A model generated the notes under the pieces. It was not told the DNA's origin. It ran no database searches and saw nothing but the letters and a program-made list of their open reading frames with translations. The translations under genes were made by a program, and so were the position numbers. This document shows positions 19,122-27,455 of a stretch of DNA of 64,000 nt, in pieces. The stretch lies in the IMG/VR virus record IMGVR_UViG_3300002243_000002, positions 1 through 64,000 of that record. The stretch is one strand, 5' to 3'. Numbering within the stretch: the stretch's first letter is position 1; the number at the start of each line of letters is the position of its first letter. This DNA comes from a virus.

Positions 19122-21944
19122 TTACCCCCAAATACCACCACTGCCGCTCGGCTTGCCACCCACAGGATCCTCAAAATCAAGCGGCCCTCTCACTCCACCT
19201 TGGCGCATCGACTGCCGGATTATGGCGATGTCCTTCTGAGTCTGAGTTGCCGCCTTCGTGCGCTCGGTCTCTTGCTTCCTGCGTTCGGCGTCATTGATGT
19301 TCTTCATGATCGCCTCGTTGTTCTTCGAGGCAAACTCGATCATCTTGTCGCCGAAAGCTACGGTCAGTGCAGTGGCTCCGGCGGATGAGGTAATCCAATC
19401 CATCGTGGCCTGTTTCGCCTTCGCCATGAGCTCCGGGCTTGCCGGAGCGAGCCCCGCAGTTCCACCTTCCTCAGCCAGCGTGTGCGTCTTCGACCAGGCA
19501 GAGCGCATCGCTCCGGAGACGAGGGTTGAGGCGCCCACCTCCGGATTGTAGCCGGGGAGCATCGTGGCTCGATCGGTGAGCGAAAATCCACCTCCGGATG
19601 CCACGTTCAACCTCGTCCATTCAGCAGAGCCCTTCAGGTTGTGGTGGATGCGCTCCACCACACCCATTATGAGCGGATCGACGATCTTGTCGTAAGCCTT
19701 GTCAGAAGCTGCCCGTGTCACCGCGAGCTTCTGCAGGTTGGCAGACATGACCGCTGCGAACCCGAGAGCATTCTGTCCCTGGAGCGGCGACAGGATGTCC
19801 CCCTTTCCGAGGATGGCTCGCAGGCCGGCGCTCTGCGAGATGAGATTCTTCGCAATGAGATAGTCTTGGTCGACTTTGAGCTTGCCCGTGTTGCCGCCGA
19901 GGGCTCGTTTCCTCTCGGCAATGATGTTCTGCGCATAGTTCTCCGCTGCGGTGATTTCCTTGCCTGCGATCACCGCGAGCTTGAACTTGCCGGTCCCGTG
20001 CATCTTGTCGAGGACCTCGTTCATCTCCTTGGTGCCAAGCTGCATGTAGTGGTAGAGTGCTTCCCCGCTCTGATTTCTGAGCTCGAATTCGTGCTGCGTC
20101 TGCTCCGCCTCCTTGCGAAGGCGTTCCTCGTCGGCGCGTAGCTGCTTGGCTGGATCTGGAAGCACTCCAAGCCACTGCAAGATCTCCGGCAGGAATGCAA
20201 GCACAAGACCGATACCTGTAGAAGCCAAGAATCCCTTGATCGAGTAGGTTGCAGCCTTCACACCACCTGCGAAGAAGCGCATCGCCTTTCCTCCTACTAG
20301 AGCTTGTCCGCTCATCATAGCCATGAAGGCTTTGGTGGCTCCTGCAATCTTCACCACTCCCCAGAAAGCTAGACGAACCGCAATGATGCCTCCCACCGCA
20401 GCGCCAATGCGCATAATGGCTGTAAATAGTGGACCTAGAATGGGCGCGATCCTGGCTATGGTATTAAGCAATCCAGAGGCGGATTGCGCTACGGTTCCAA
20501 GTACAGGAAGAAGCTCTTTGCCCAGCGTCTGCCGGAATTCGAACCAGGCAGCATTGAGCACATCCAGCTTGCCGGGTGTGGATTCCAAGAATTGTATGGA
20601 GGCGGCAGCTCCAGCGCCCCCAGCGTCCTTCTGCACGCTGGATAGATACTTGAAAACGTCGGCGCCGCTTCGCACCTCCCCCGTCGCTGTCTTGAAGGAG
20701 CCTCGCAGCTGCGACAGCATGGTGAGCATCAGATCGACGGAGCGCACATCGAAGGCAGTACGGAGAGCTCCTCGTACCGAAGTGGCATCCTTCGAGGCGA
20801 GCTCGACAAGGACGTCCTGCATGTCTCGCATCCGGCCGGTCTCCTTGTCGATGACATCGATTCCAAGGAGTCCAACCGCGCCTCGTGTCTTTGATGAGGC
20901 CATCTGCTGCATCATCCGAGTGAGCTTCGTGCCGGTCTGTTCCGCGCCGGGCATGCCTCGCAGGCCGACGGTGGCCAGGTTGAGGATCGTCGTGAGGGTC
21001 TGCCCACCCATCTCCTTGGCCTGAGAGAGCTTCGCGACGATCTTGGTGATCTCGTCAGGAAGCACACCCGCAGCTCCGCTGAGCTTGATCATCTTGTCGA
21101 CGGCGAGAGCAGCTTCTTTGGCTGTCATACCAAAGGCTGTAGCCAGCTTTCCAACCCGGTCGGCAGCTTCATCGGGTGCGAGCCTCCCCATGGAAATCTG
21201 CGCGAGCTGGAGCGTGGAATCTAGGAGTCCGATTGCCGCCGTCTCCGAGCCTGTTGCTTGTCGGAGTCGAACGAGGGCATTCAACGACTCGACGGAGTTG
21301 TACTTCGTGATGATGGCAGCTCGGGAAGCTGCTGCTGCATATTTATCGAGGGTCTCGGCATTCGCTCCCGTGATCATTTTGAGATTCGTCATCGCTGCCG
21401 CCTGCTGCAAAGCGGGTTCGATGAAGTCTCGCATGGCACCCAGGATGTACTTGGCTGCAAGGATCGAAGTGTAAGCTCCAGCCAGCCCTTTGAAGTCGAA
21501 GCTCGAGCCTGGAACGAGATCACCACCACCACCACCACCACCACCACCACCACCACCAGGAGGCATAATTACAGGTTGCTGCGGGCCAGTTACTAGAGAT
21601 CGCTGTGGGCCAGTCTGAAGGACTCGTTGGGGACCTGTGAGTCCAGATGCTCGGCTTCCTCCAGAGCGCGTCCAGCCACCCGAGGGTGTTTGCACCCAAT
21701 TACTGGCTGGCTGCTTCGGTCCTTGTGGGAAGACGTAATGGAAAGCAGAAGCTCCGAGGTTGGGTGCGGCACCGACATTACCAGCAGGTACTCTGATTGG
21801 AATCGGGGGCGGCTTGGCGGCAACCTGAGCTGCCTTATTCAGGTCGGTGAGCGCCTTCTGCACCTTGCGCAGATTGGCTGTGGCGCCCTCGGTCCCGGCG
21901 ATCGAGACGCGGAAAACAGATTCGACTACGTTCCTGACCGCCAC
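19122..21944 (-). CDS. tail tape measure protein
   Basis: 940 aa and mostly helical, Ala-rich, placed between chaperone and hub genes. TMP-core-like segment (AFGMTAKEAALAVDKMIKLSGAAG), hydrophobic stretch mid-protein, and a 12-Gly run. Confidence 0.8.
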   Translation of the reverse strand: MAVRNVVESVFRVSIAGTEGATANLRKVQKALTDLNKAAQVAAKPPPIPIRVPAGNVGAAPNLGASAFHYVFPQGPKQPASNWVQTPSGGWTRSGGSRASGLTGPQRVLQTGPQRSLVTGPQQPVIMPPGGGGGGGGGGGGDLVPGSSFDFKGLAGAYTSILAAKYILGAMRDFIEPALQQAAAMTNLKMITGANAETLDKYAAAASRAAIITKYNSVESLNALVRLRQATGSETAAIGLLDSTLQLAQISMGRLAPDEAADRVGKLATAFGMTAKEAALAVDKMIKLSGAAGVLPDEITKIVAKLSQAKEMGGQTLTTILNLATVGLRGMPGAEQTGTKLTRMMQQMASSKTRGAVGLLGIDVIDKETGRMRDMQDVLVELASKDATSVRGALRTAFDVRSVDLMLTMLSQLRGSFKTATGEVRSGADVFKYLSSVQKDAGGAGAAASIQFLESTPGKLDVLNAAWFEFRQTLGKELLPVLGTVAQSASGLLNTIARIAPILGPLFTAIMRIGAAVGGIIAVRLAFWGVVKIAGATKAFMAMMSGQALVGGKAMRFFAGGVKAATYSIKGFLASTGIGLVLAFLPEILQWLGVLPDPAKQLRADEERLRKEAEQTQHEFELRNQSGEALYHYMQLGTKEMNEVLDKMHGTGKFKLAVIAGKEITAAENYAQNIIAERKRALGGNTGKLKVDQDYLIAKNLISQSAGLRAILGKGDILSPLQGQNALGFAAVMSANLQKLAVTRAASDKAYDKIVDPLIMGVVERIHHNLKGSAEWTRLNVASGGGFSLTDRATMLPGYNPEVGASTLVSGAMRSAWSKTHTLAEEGGTAGLAPASPELMAKAKQATMDWITSSAGATALTVAFGDKMIEFASKNNEAIMKNINDAERRKQETERTKAATQTQKDIAIIRQSMRQGGVRGPLDFEDPVGGKPSGSGGIWG
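21522..21557 (-). repeat. perfect (GGT)12 trinucleotide microsatellite inside the tape measure gene
   Basis: The plus strand reads (ACC)12 with no interruption. It encodes the Gly12 run in ...IMPPGGGGGGGGGGGGDLVPG... Confidence 0.95.
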
Positions 21945-21960
21945 TTTTATTTAGGCCCTT

Positions 21961-23024
21961 CTAGGTGTTCGGCTTCAGAGTTTCCTTTTTCGGACTAGCA
22001 TCCTCCCAGGCTCTGATCGTCGCATCTCTGGCTTCCCGGAGCAACTCTAGCCATTGAAGGAGCTGCTGGATGGGAAGCTGTTCGATCTCTTCCAGCCGCA
22101 GATCCAAGTAGTTGCAGCCCGGCGGCCGGTGGAGCAGCGAGAACAAGAGTTTGTTGTGTTCCTCCTCGGATGACTGGAGACCACTGATATATTTCAGGAT
22201 CTCCAGCCAGTCTAAATGGACCTCATCCCAAAGAAGTCTGGGCCGAAAGGGATCCGGAACTTCTGGGCCGTCCGGCAGCTCGAGCAGTCGATGTCCACAT
22301 CCGTGTCGGGGCCTCCCTCCAGCTTGTCGATGAAGTCCTCGATGGCGTGCTGGATGCCCCAGCTCTGCCCCGAGTACCACTCCCGCACGCCCTCGAAGCC
22401 CTTGATCACCTTGCCGCCTGGCTCCTTGACCTCGGTGATGCGAAGGGACGTCTCGAGCTCGATCACGCCCTCCGGGTCTTCTCGCTGGAGCTTGGCGATC
22501 GTGCGCTGGTCAGCCCCGTACAGCATGCGAAGGCTCAGCTCGAGGAGCTGTGCACGCTGGATATCCTCCGGTAGCTTGACCTCGCAGGTCTTGAGGTCGT
22601 AGAGCGGCACCCGCATCCGTGCCGGGTCGATGAAGAGCTTGATGGGCTTGTCCGGTGAGCGCAGAGACTCCAGGGCGACCGAGCTCATCGGGATGTAGGC
22701 GATGTCGTTGAGATCGATCTTGAGCTCGAGCCGCTCGCCACAGCGCGTGCAGACGTGATTGATGGCGAGCTCTGGATCGGTGAGGACGCGCACTCGGACG
22801 AGGCAGGCGAGGAGGTCCGGCGTGCAGATCTTCGCCCATTGCGCCGGCTGGCCTTCCTCGAGCTCGTAGGGCCCCCGATGCGCCACGCCCTCGTCGATGG
22901 CCGCGAGCATCTTCTCTAGGGTCAAGCCTGCTCGGCTGAACTTCCGATCGAGGACGATCTTCTGATCCTTGACGCGCCAGCCTCGAGCTTCGATCGCGAA
23001 TCCCGATACACCTTGCACTAGCAT
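21961..23024 (-). CDS. tail assembly chaperone, predicted -1 frameshift fusion product (gpGT/gpE+E'-like)
   Basis: ORF 21961-22380 is in the -1 frame relative to ORF 22212-23024 (codon starts 0 versus 2 mod 3 on the minus strand). Slipping at C_CCT_TTC joins ...FRIPF to RPRLLWDEVHLDWLEILKY..., giving about 354 aa. Confidence 0.55.
22212..23024 (-). CDS. tail assembly chaperone (gpG/gpE-like, zero-frame product)
   Basis: 270-aa ORF between the tube and tape measure genes. Two CxxC pairs (CTRCGE, CSSCRT). Overlapped at its 3' end by an ORF in the -1 frame. Confidence 0.6.
   Translation of the reverse strand: MLVQGVSGFAIEARGWRVKDQKIVLDRKFSRAGLTLEKMLAAIDEGVAHRGPYELEEGQPAQWAKICTPDLLACLVRVRVLTDPELAINHVCTRCGERLELKIDLNDIAYIPMSSVALESLRSPDKPIKLFIDPARMRVPLYDLKTCEVKLPEDIQRAQLLELSLRMLYGADQRTIAKLQREDPEGVIELETSLRITEVKEPGGKVIKGFEGVREWYSGQSWGIQHAIEDFIDKLEGGPDTDVDIDCSSCRTAQKFRIPFGPDFFGMRSI
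22245..22251 (-). promoter_or_regulatory. candidate -1 programmed frameshift slippery heptamer C_CCT_TTC
   Basis: The plus strand reads gaaaggg at 22245-22251, so the minus strand reads CCCTTTC. It is in the X_XXY_YYZ phase of the zero frame (atC CCT TTC = I P F) and lies inside the 169-nt overlap of the two ORFs. Confidence 0.55.
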
Positions 23025-23046
23025 GTTGTGTTTGGCTCCTTTAACT

Positions 23047-23070
23047 AAGAGGGCTACAAGGAACCCTCTT
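23047..23070 (-). other. stem-loop between the tube and chaperone genes
   Basis: AAGAGGG (23047-23053) and CCCTCTT (23064-23070) form a 7-bp stem with a 10-nt loop. A second small CGGGG/CCCCG hairpin lies next to the tube stop. Neither is followed by a U-tract. Confidence 0.35.
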
Positions 23071-23100
23071 CACTTTGGACGGAGCGGGGTAAAGCCCCGT

Positions 23101-23577
23101 CTATGCGGTTTGTCGGTCTGGGTGGTGATAGGCGACGGTCACCGTGTCCATGGTCACGCCGCTGGCGCTGTTGTCCCAGGGGCCTCCCTTGTAGGAGGTG
23201 ACGAAGGCCCAGTAGATCCGGAAGTTGATGGCAGGTACATCGTCCCGCCGACGCTGCCGGATCGTCATGTCGCGGAAGTAGCTGGGGGGCGCGACGGAGA
23301 TGCCCCCGGGAAGCTTCGCCATGATGTTCAGGCAGTCGAGAAGCCAGTCGTAGAGATCGTGGTCCCTCGACATCCCTCGGTTGAGCGTGAGGTCCTCACA
23401 ATCGCCGAGGCCCGGCTCCTTGTAGGGCACGAGGCATCCACCCTCGTGATACTTCATCGTCTCGATGGTGATCCCCACTTCGCTGCACTTCTCGAAGCCA
23501 GCGCTCTGCACACCGTCGATCGAGACGATGAACTTGAACTGGCCATAGAGCTCCCGATACTCGGCCATGATGCTCAT
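23101..23577 (-). CDS. tail tube protein (T4 gp19-like / contractile-tail tube family)
   Basis: Track ORF trimmed to the ATG at 23577. The 158-aa product MSIMAEYRELYGQFKFIVSIDGVQSAGFEKCSEVGITIETMKYHEGGCLVPYKEPGLGDCEDLTLNRGMSRDHDLYDWL matches the tube family pattern F.v.idG.....F.e.sGl..e.e...y.EGG.....K.PG......l.L.RG......l..W. Confidence 0.8.
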   Translation of the reverse strand: MSIMAEYRELYGQFKFIVSIDGVQSAGFEKCSEVGITIETMKYHEGGCLVPYKEPGLGDCEDLTLNRGMSRDHDLYDWLLDCLNIMAKLPGGISVAPPSYFRDMTIRQRRRDDVPAINFRIYWAFVTSYKGGPWDNSASGVTMDTVTVAYHHPDRQTA

Positions 23578-23612
23578 TTGTACAAAGCTCCTTTGATGAG
23601 CCGGGAGGCTCT

Positions 23613-25916
23613 TTACGAGTTCATCTGGCTCTGGATGTAAGCATCCAGCGCTCGCTGGTCCTGTGCCAGCGCCAGCGTGATGAAGCGCCGCGCCTTCTGC
23701 GTCGCCATGCCCACGATCACGAAGTACTGCTCGTTGTACTGGACGAGCGGACTGTTGATGTCCTTCCCCTGCGGGTCGGTGATGACGTAGAAGGCGTCGC
23801 TGGCCTTCTGCGTCGCGAGCCGATGTGCAAGCACGTGGCCCACCATGTAAGTCTCGATGCGGTCGTGATCGTTTTCGCGTTCCTCGATTGAATGCCCTTG
23901 CGTCCGCACCGTCTCGAGGTAGGTATCCACGTCGCGACGCACCTGGCACGCCATCCGCATCTCGCCGATGCTCTTCCAGTTCGCGGGCGAGCTTCCGTCG
24001 AAGGTCATGCAGTCATCGACCCACACGCCGAAGGAGCCGTTCGGCAGCTTCCCGGAGCGCACCGGGTTGATCCTGTACGGCGTGACGTAGTCGCGCGTCG
24101 ACTTCCAGTTGACCGCGTGCTTGCTCTTGTCGCTGCCGACGACTTCTCCCTCGAGCGCCACGCCACCGGCGAGCACCCCGAAGGTGTTGTTGCTTGGGTT
24201 GACCGCGATGGTCTTCTTCTGGTTCCTCGAGTTCAGGGCCATGCGTGCGACGTAGGAGCCGCTGAGTCCGATCGTGATCGTCGCCGACGTCCCGTAGACC
24301 GACTTGTCCGGGTTGGCGATCTGCATCTTCGGCCACAGGAAGCCGGCGATCTTGTCACTCGCCGTAACGCCCGCCACGTGAGCGACCATCGCCGCCTTCG
24401 TCGCGCCCGGAGGGGGATCTGGAATGTAGACGACCTTACCGCTCCGGTAGGTGTGTCCGTAGTCCCGTCCCAGCTCGTGCATCGTGGAGGTCGTCTTCGA
24501 CGGCGTCGCGCAGGTGTCGGCATCCGACTCGTTCTCGAGCGCATAGAGCCCCGTCAGCGCCGCGACGGTGCCCTCGAAGTCGGTCTCGGTGAGCCCAGCC
24601 AGCCCGTCGTCACCATCGGCCAGTGGCGCGGAGGCGATGTTCGCCGGACGCGCGTTGAGGGCCCCCCCTGGAGCTGCGAGATCGGTGACCTGGAGCAGCT
24701 TCGATCCGCCCTGCGCATTGATCTTGGTGACGATGTAATCGTCGCTCGTCGAGTCGACGACGCCGTTCTTCCACGACTCGGCCCAGACGCCGTTCTCGTA
24801 GACGGTCAGGTCGAAGTACGACGCCTGGCCGTTCGAGGCAGCGGCGATCTTGACTGCGAAGTTGTTCCCTCGGATGCCGTAGTACTTCCCCTCGACGAGG
24901 AGGGTGTTGGTAGCAGAGCCGTCGGTGCCACAGTGGTTGGCGTTGTCGAGGCCGATCTTCGAATCGGCCGTCGATGCTACGGTGATCTGGATGCAAGCAG
25001 CCAGGCCCGTCTCGTCCGAGGCGATCTTCAGGTAGCCACTTGCGTCCGAGACCGTAACGCCGAGGGAGTAGCCGCCAAACGCCGCCTCGATGATAGCCTT
25101 GAGCTCGGCGATCGTGACGGAGTCGACGTTGAACACGTTGCCGGTTCCGGAGACGATCACCGTAGAGAACGCGAGCACCGTGTTTGCGTTGCCGCCGGTT
25201 ATCTGTACCGAAGCGCCAGTGCCTTTACGATCCGTCGTGATCGTGACCAGTGTACCGCCGCCCGTCGAGGTCACCGCGCAGCCCGTGAGCGCCGCGTCGA
25301 GTACCGCAGCAACTTCCTCCGCGGTGGCTGCACCGATCGCCGCGAAGTCGGCAGCGCGGAAGGTAACCTGCTGCTCGGTGCCACCGTTGATCTTGACCTT
25401 GAGGATCATACCGTCGGTGAGTGCGAAGGGTTCCACCGAGACGCTCGAGCGGACCGCTGCCGCAGCGGTGATCGTCGCTGTTTGGACGGCCGGATCGTTG
25501 TCGACCTTGCCGATGATCGTGTCCGCGTTTGCGAGCGCGTAGGGAGCCGCTCCGGTAGCGACGATGAATCCTCCTGTCGCCGCGACTGCCCCAGTGAGGA
25601 GCGTCACACGAGCTCGCCTTGCACTGACCGGCTGACCGTTCACGTCGAGATGGCAGGTGCGAACGATGACAGCTTCGTGGCCACCGCCGCTGAAGTACTG
25701 CTTCACCTGAATGGGACCCTCATAGTCCTTGAGCAACCCGCCGAAGATCTCCTGGTGGTGCGGCCACGAGTAGACCTTCGTTGCCTGGCTCATCGGACCC
25801 CAGGGGAAGATGTCGACGATGCCGTAGACATCCGTCGGGTGTCCCTGGATGTTGGGTACTGAGGGAGGCAGATCCTGATGCTCTATCGAGCTCGAGCCCC
25901 CAGTGACTGCTTGCAT
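23613..25916 (-). CDS. contractile tail sheath protein (enlarged, with internal duplicated insertion domains)
   Basis: 767 aa, immediately upstream of the tube gene. Conserved N-terminus (VPNIQGHPTDVYGIVDIF...) and sheath C-terminal domain (...YVTPYRINPVRSGKLPNGSFGVWVDD...FYVITDPQGKDINSP...YFVIVGMATQKARRFITL). The middle contains two similar ~70-aa modules. Confidence 0.85.
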   Translation of the reverse strand: MQAVTGGSSSIEHQDLPPSVPNIQGHPTDVYGIVDIFPWGPMSQATKVYSWPHHQEIFGGLLKDYEGPIQVKQYFSGGGHEAVIVRTCHLDVNGQPVSARRARVTLLTGAVAATGGFIVATGAAPYALANADTIIGKVDNDPAVQTATITAAAAVRSSVSVEPFALTDGMILKVKINGGTEQQVTFRAADFAAIGAATAEEVAAVLDAALTGCAVTSTGGGTLVTITTDRKGTGASVQITGGNANTVLAFSTVIVSGTGNVFNVDSVTIAELKAIIEAAFGGYSLGVTVSDASGYLKIASDETGLAACIQITVASTADSKIGLDNANHCGTDGSATNTLLVEGKYYGIRGNNFAVKIAAASNGQASYFDLTVYENGVWAESWKNGVVDSTSDDYIVTKINAQGGSKLLQVTDLAAPGGALNARPANIASAPLADGDDGLAGLTETDFEGTVAALTGLYALENESDADTCATPSKTTSTMHELGRDYGHTYRSGKVVYIPDPPPGATKAAMVAHVAGVTASDKIAGFLWPKMQIANPDKSVYGTSATITIGLSGSYVARMALNSRNQKKTIAVNPSNNTFGVLAGGVALEGEVVGSDKSKHAVNWKSTRDYVTPYRINPVRSGKLPNGSFGVWVDDCMTFDGSSPANWKSIGEMRMACQVRRDVDTYLETVRTQGHSIEERENDHDRIETYMVGHVLAHRLATQKASDAFYVITDPQGKDINSPLVQYNEQYFVIVGMATQKARRFITLALAQDQRALDAYIQSQMNS

Positions 25917-25966
25917 GTCTCTCTACCTCCCGATGGCGAAAAGACCGTGAAAGGATGTAGGAATCA

Positions 25967-26305
25967 TTACTCCTCGGATTCCCGCGTCGAGAGCTCTGGA
26001 GGGTTGAGCGCCTCCGGAGGCAACGCCGAATCCGGCACGTCGTGTCGCTTGAAGTAGCCGAGCCGAAGCCATTCCTTGACCTGCGGAATGTGCAGCGCGG
26101 CGGCGTGCAGCTCCCCACTTCTTCCCCCTTGTGGGATGCTGATCGACGCTGGAAGGTACCTCACTACCTGCTTGTTCTGCTTGTTCAGCGACAGTTTCGA
26201 CTTGCAGGCGCACTCGCCTGTCCTACGGCAGTAGACCTCGTGGTAGAGCGAGGTCTCGAACCTGCACGGTGCCTTGTGGGTGCTCTCGAGGATGACCTTC
26301 GGCAT
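25967..26305 (-). CDS. hypothetical protein upstream of sheath
   Basis: 112-aa ORF preceded by a 187-nt intergenic gap. Cys-rich N-terminal half (CRFETSLYHEVYCRRTGECAC). Confidence 0.45.
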   Translation of the reverse strand: MPKVILESTHKAPCRFETSLYHEVYCRRTGECACKSKLSLNKQNKQVVRYLPASISIPQGGRSGELHAAALHIPQVKEWLRLGYFKRHDVPDSALPPEALNPPELSTRESEE

Positions 26306-26352
26306 TCAAAGCTCCTTGGAACGGAGACTCCAGCTATCAGATGCTACAGCTA

Positions 26353-26404
26353 CCTGCTGGAAATTGGCAAGAAATCTTTCTGGGAGGAGAAGCTTTCCAG
26401 CAGG
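26353..26404. other. inverted repeat (11-bp arms, 30-nt spacer) in the gap upstream of the sheath sub-operon
   Basis: CCTGCTGGAAA (26353-26363) and TTTCCAGCAGG (26394-26404) are perfect complements. They lie in the only sizeable non-coding gap (26306-26492) of the virion operon. Confidence 0.5.
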
Positions 26405-26492
26405 AATCGTATCGCGAAGGTGGCTGTAACAGCATTCATCCAGAGAATGCAGTTTAGCTGCTAGCATGCTCAAGAGTGGCCAGCCTAGTGTT

Positions 26493-27452
26493 CTAAACTG
26501 GAACGAGGCTGGAAGATCCTGTCTGTAGAAGGGACAGCGTCGCCGAGGTGTAGGTGTTTGCGTAGTCTACTGGAGCAGTAGGCATGATGCGTACTCCACG
26601 TACGCGCATCTGCACGGCAAAGACCACGAGGGGAACGTTTGAAGGATTCGATGCCTGCTGGAATTCTCCGAGCTCGAGGGGAAACTCGTTGTTGCCAGCA
26701 GGATCCCAAATGGAATCACCGGCAACCCGCAGATATGGATATGTTTCTTGGCTATCTCGTAGGTTATCGAGCAGTCGGAGGAGCACACCTTCGTTCTTCT
26801 CCGACAACAGGAGATCGAAAATGAACATCCATGATTTCGCGGGCCTGTATACGTCGTAGCCGTCGCCGCCGACGCGCAGCTTTTTCTGCCGCACGTTATC
26901 CCACTGGCCGAACTCGTGATCTCGTCGCTGTGCGATCCTCGTCTCGATGCAGGGCATCGTTTTCTTGGCTATCTCTGTGGCACCCTCGATTCCGAAATCG
27001 ACGTGTGCCTGCCAACCAATGTTGGGAGTGAGATCTCTAGCCAGCCTCGCCAGGAAGGCGTGCACCACCTGCTCCGAGGCCCCCTTCTTGATTGGAACGG
27101 TGCTCGAGGGAAGTAACGGAGCCCGCTGGTAAGTGTAGCAGGAAGCTTTCGTGACTGTCTCGCCAGGAATGGCCACGCCTACAGCATCCAAGTTAGTCAC
27201 GGTGATGCTGACAGCCGGGAAGGTTGCTTGAGTAGCGTCGCCGCGGTAGGTAGGAATCTCCACCCAAAGCTGCCCTGTCGAGATCACGTAGACGGCCTTC
27301 GCAGGGGCTCCGTTGATGGTCACGGCGACTGGAGCAAGCTCGAGTCCTGTCGTGTAAGTCGTGTTGAAATCCGCTCCGAGGATGGAGATCAGATTCCCAC
27401 CAAAGGCAGGCCCGTAAGCCGGAGAGACCAAGGCAATATGCGGCGCGGCCAT
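26493..27452 (-). CDS. neck / tail-completion-region protein with N-terminal IPT/TIG (Ig-like) domain
   Basis: 319 aa. The first ~100 aa fit IPT/TIG (IALVSPAYGPAFGGNLISILGADFNT...VAVTINGAPAKAVYVISTGQLWVEIP...VSITVTN). The C-terminal domain was not recognised. Last gene before the sheath sub-operon. Confidence 0.5.
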   Translation of the reverse strand: MAAPHIALVSPAYGPAFGGNLISILGADFNTTYTTGLELAPVAVTINGAPAKAVYVISTGQLWVEIPTYRGDATQATFPAVSITVTNLDAVGVAIPGETVTKASCYTYQRAPLLPSSTVPIKKGASEQVVHAFLARLARDLTPNIGWQAHVDFGIEGATEIAKKTMPCIETRIAQRRDHEFGQWDNVRQKKLRVGGDGYDVYRPAKSWMFIFDLLLSEKNEGVLLRLLDNLRDSQETYPYLRVAGDSIWDPAGNNEFPLELGEFQQASNPSNVPLVVFAVQMRVRGVRIMPTAPVDYANTYTSATLSLLQTGSSSLVPV

Positions 27453-27455
27453 TCT

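Noticed and set aside
23892-25862. 656-aa plus-strand ORF antisense to the sheath gene. Similar long shadow ORFs occur at 30047-31102 (-), 30610-31386 (+), 51662-52846 (+), 54912-55955 (+), 62584-63414 (-) and 45320-45811 (+, the 5' extension of the last MTase ORF).
   Set aside because: The translations are Arg/Gly/Pro/Ala-rich low complexity with no motifs. Each overlaps a frame with clear family signatures (sheath, P/Q-rich head protein, C1 peptidase, sulfotransferase, and so on). This is typical of antisense or off-frame open frames in GC-rich DNA.
8426-25916. Sheath, tube, spike and baseplate cluster as an extracellular contractile injection system, tailocin or T6SS.
   Set aside because: The same operon continues into neck, HK97-type capsid, scaffold-like and portal genes (26493-37830). 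A complete phage is therefore the simpler reading. No AAA+ ATPase or T6SS membrane-complex genes were seen.
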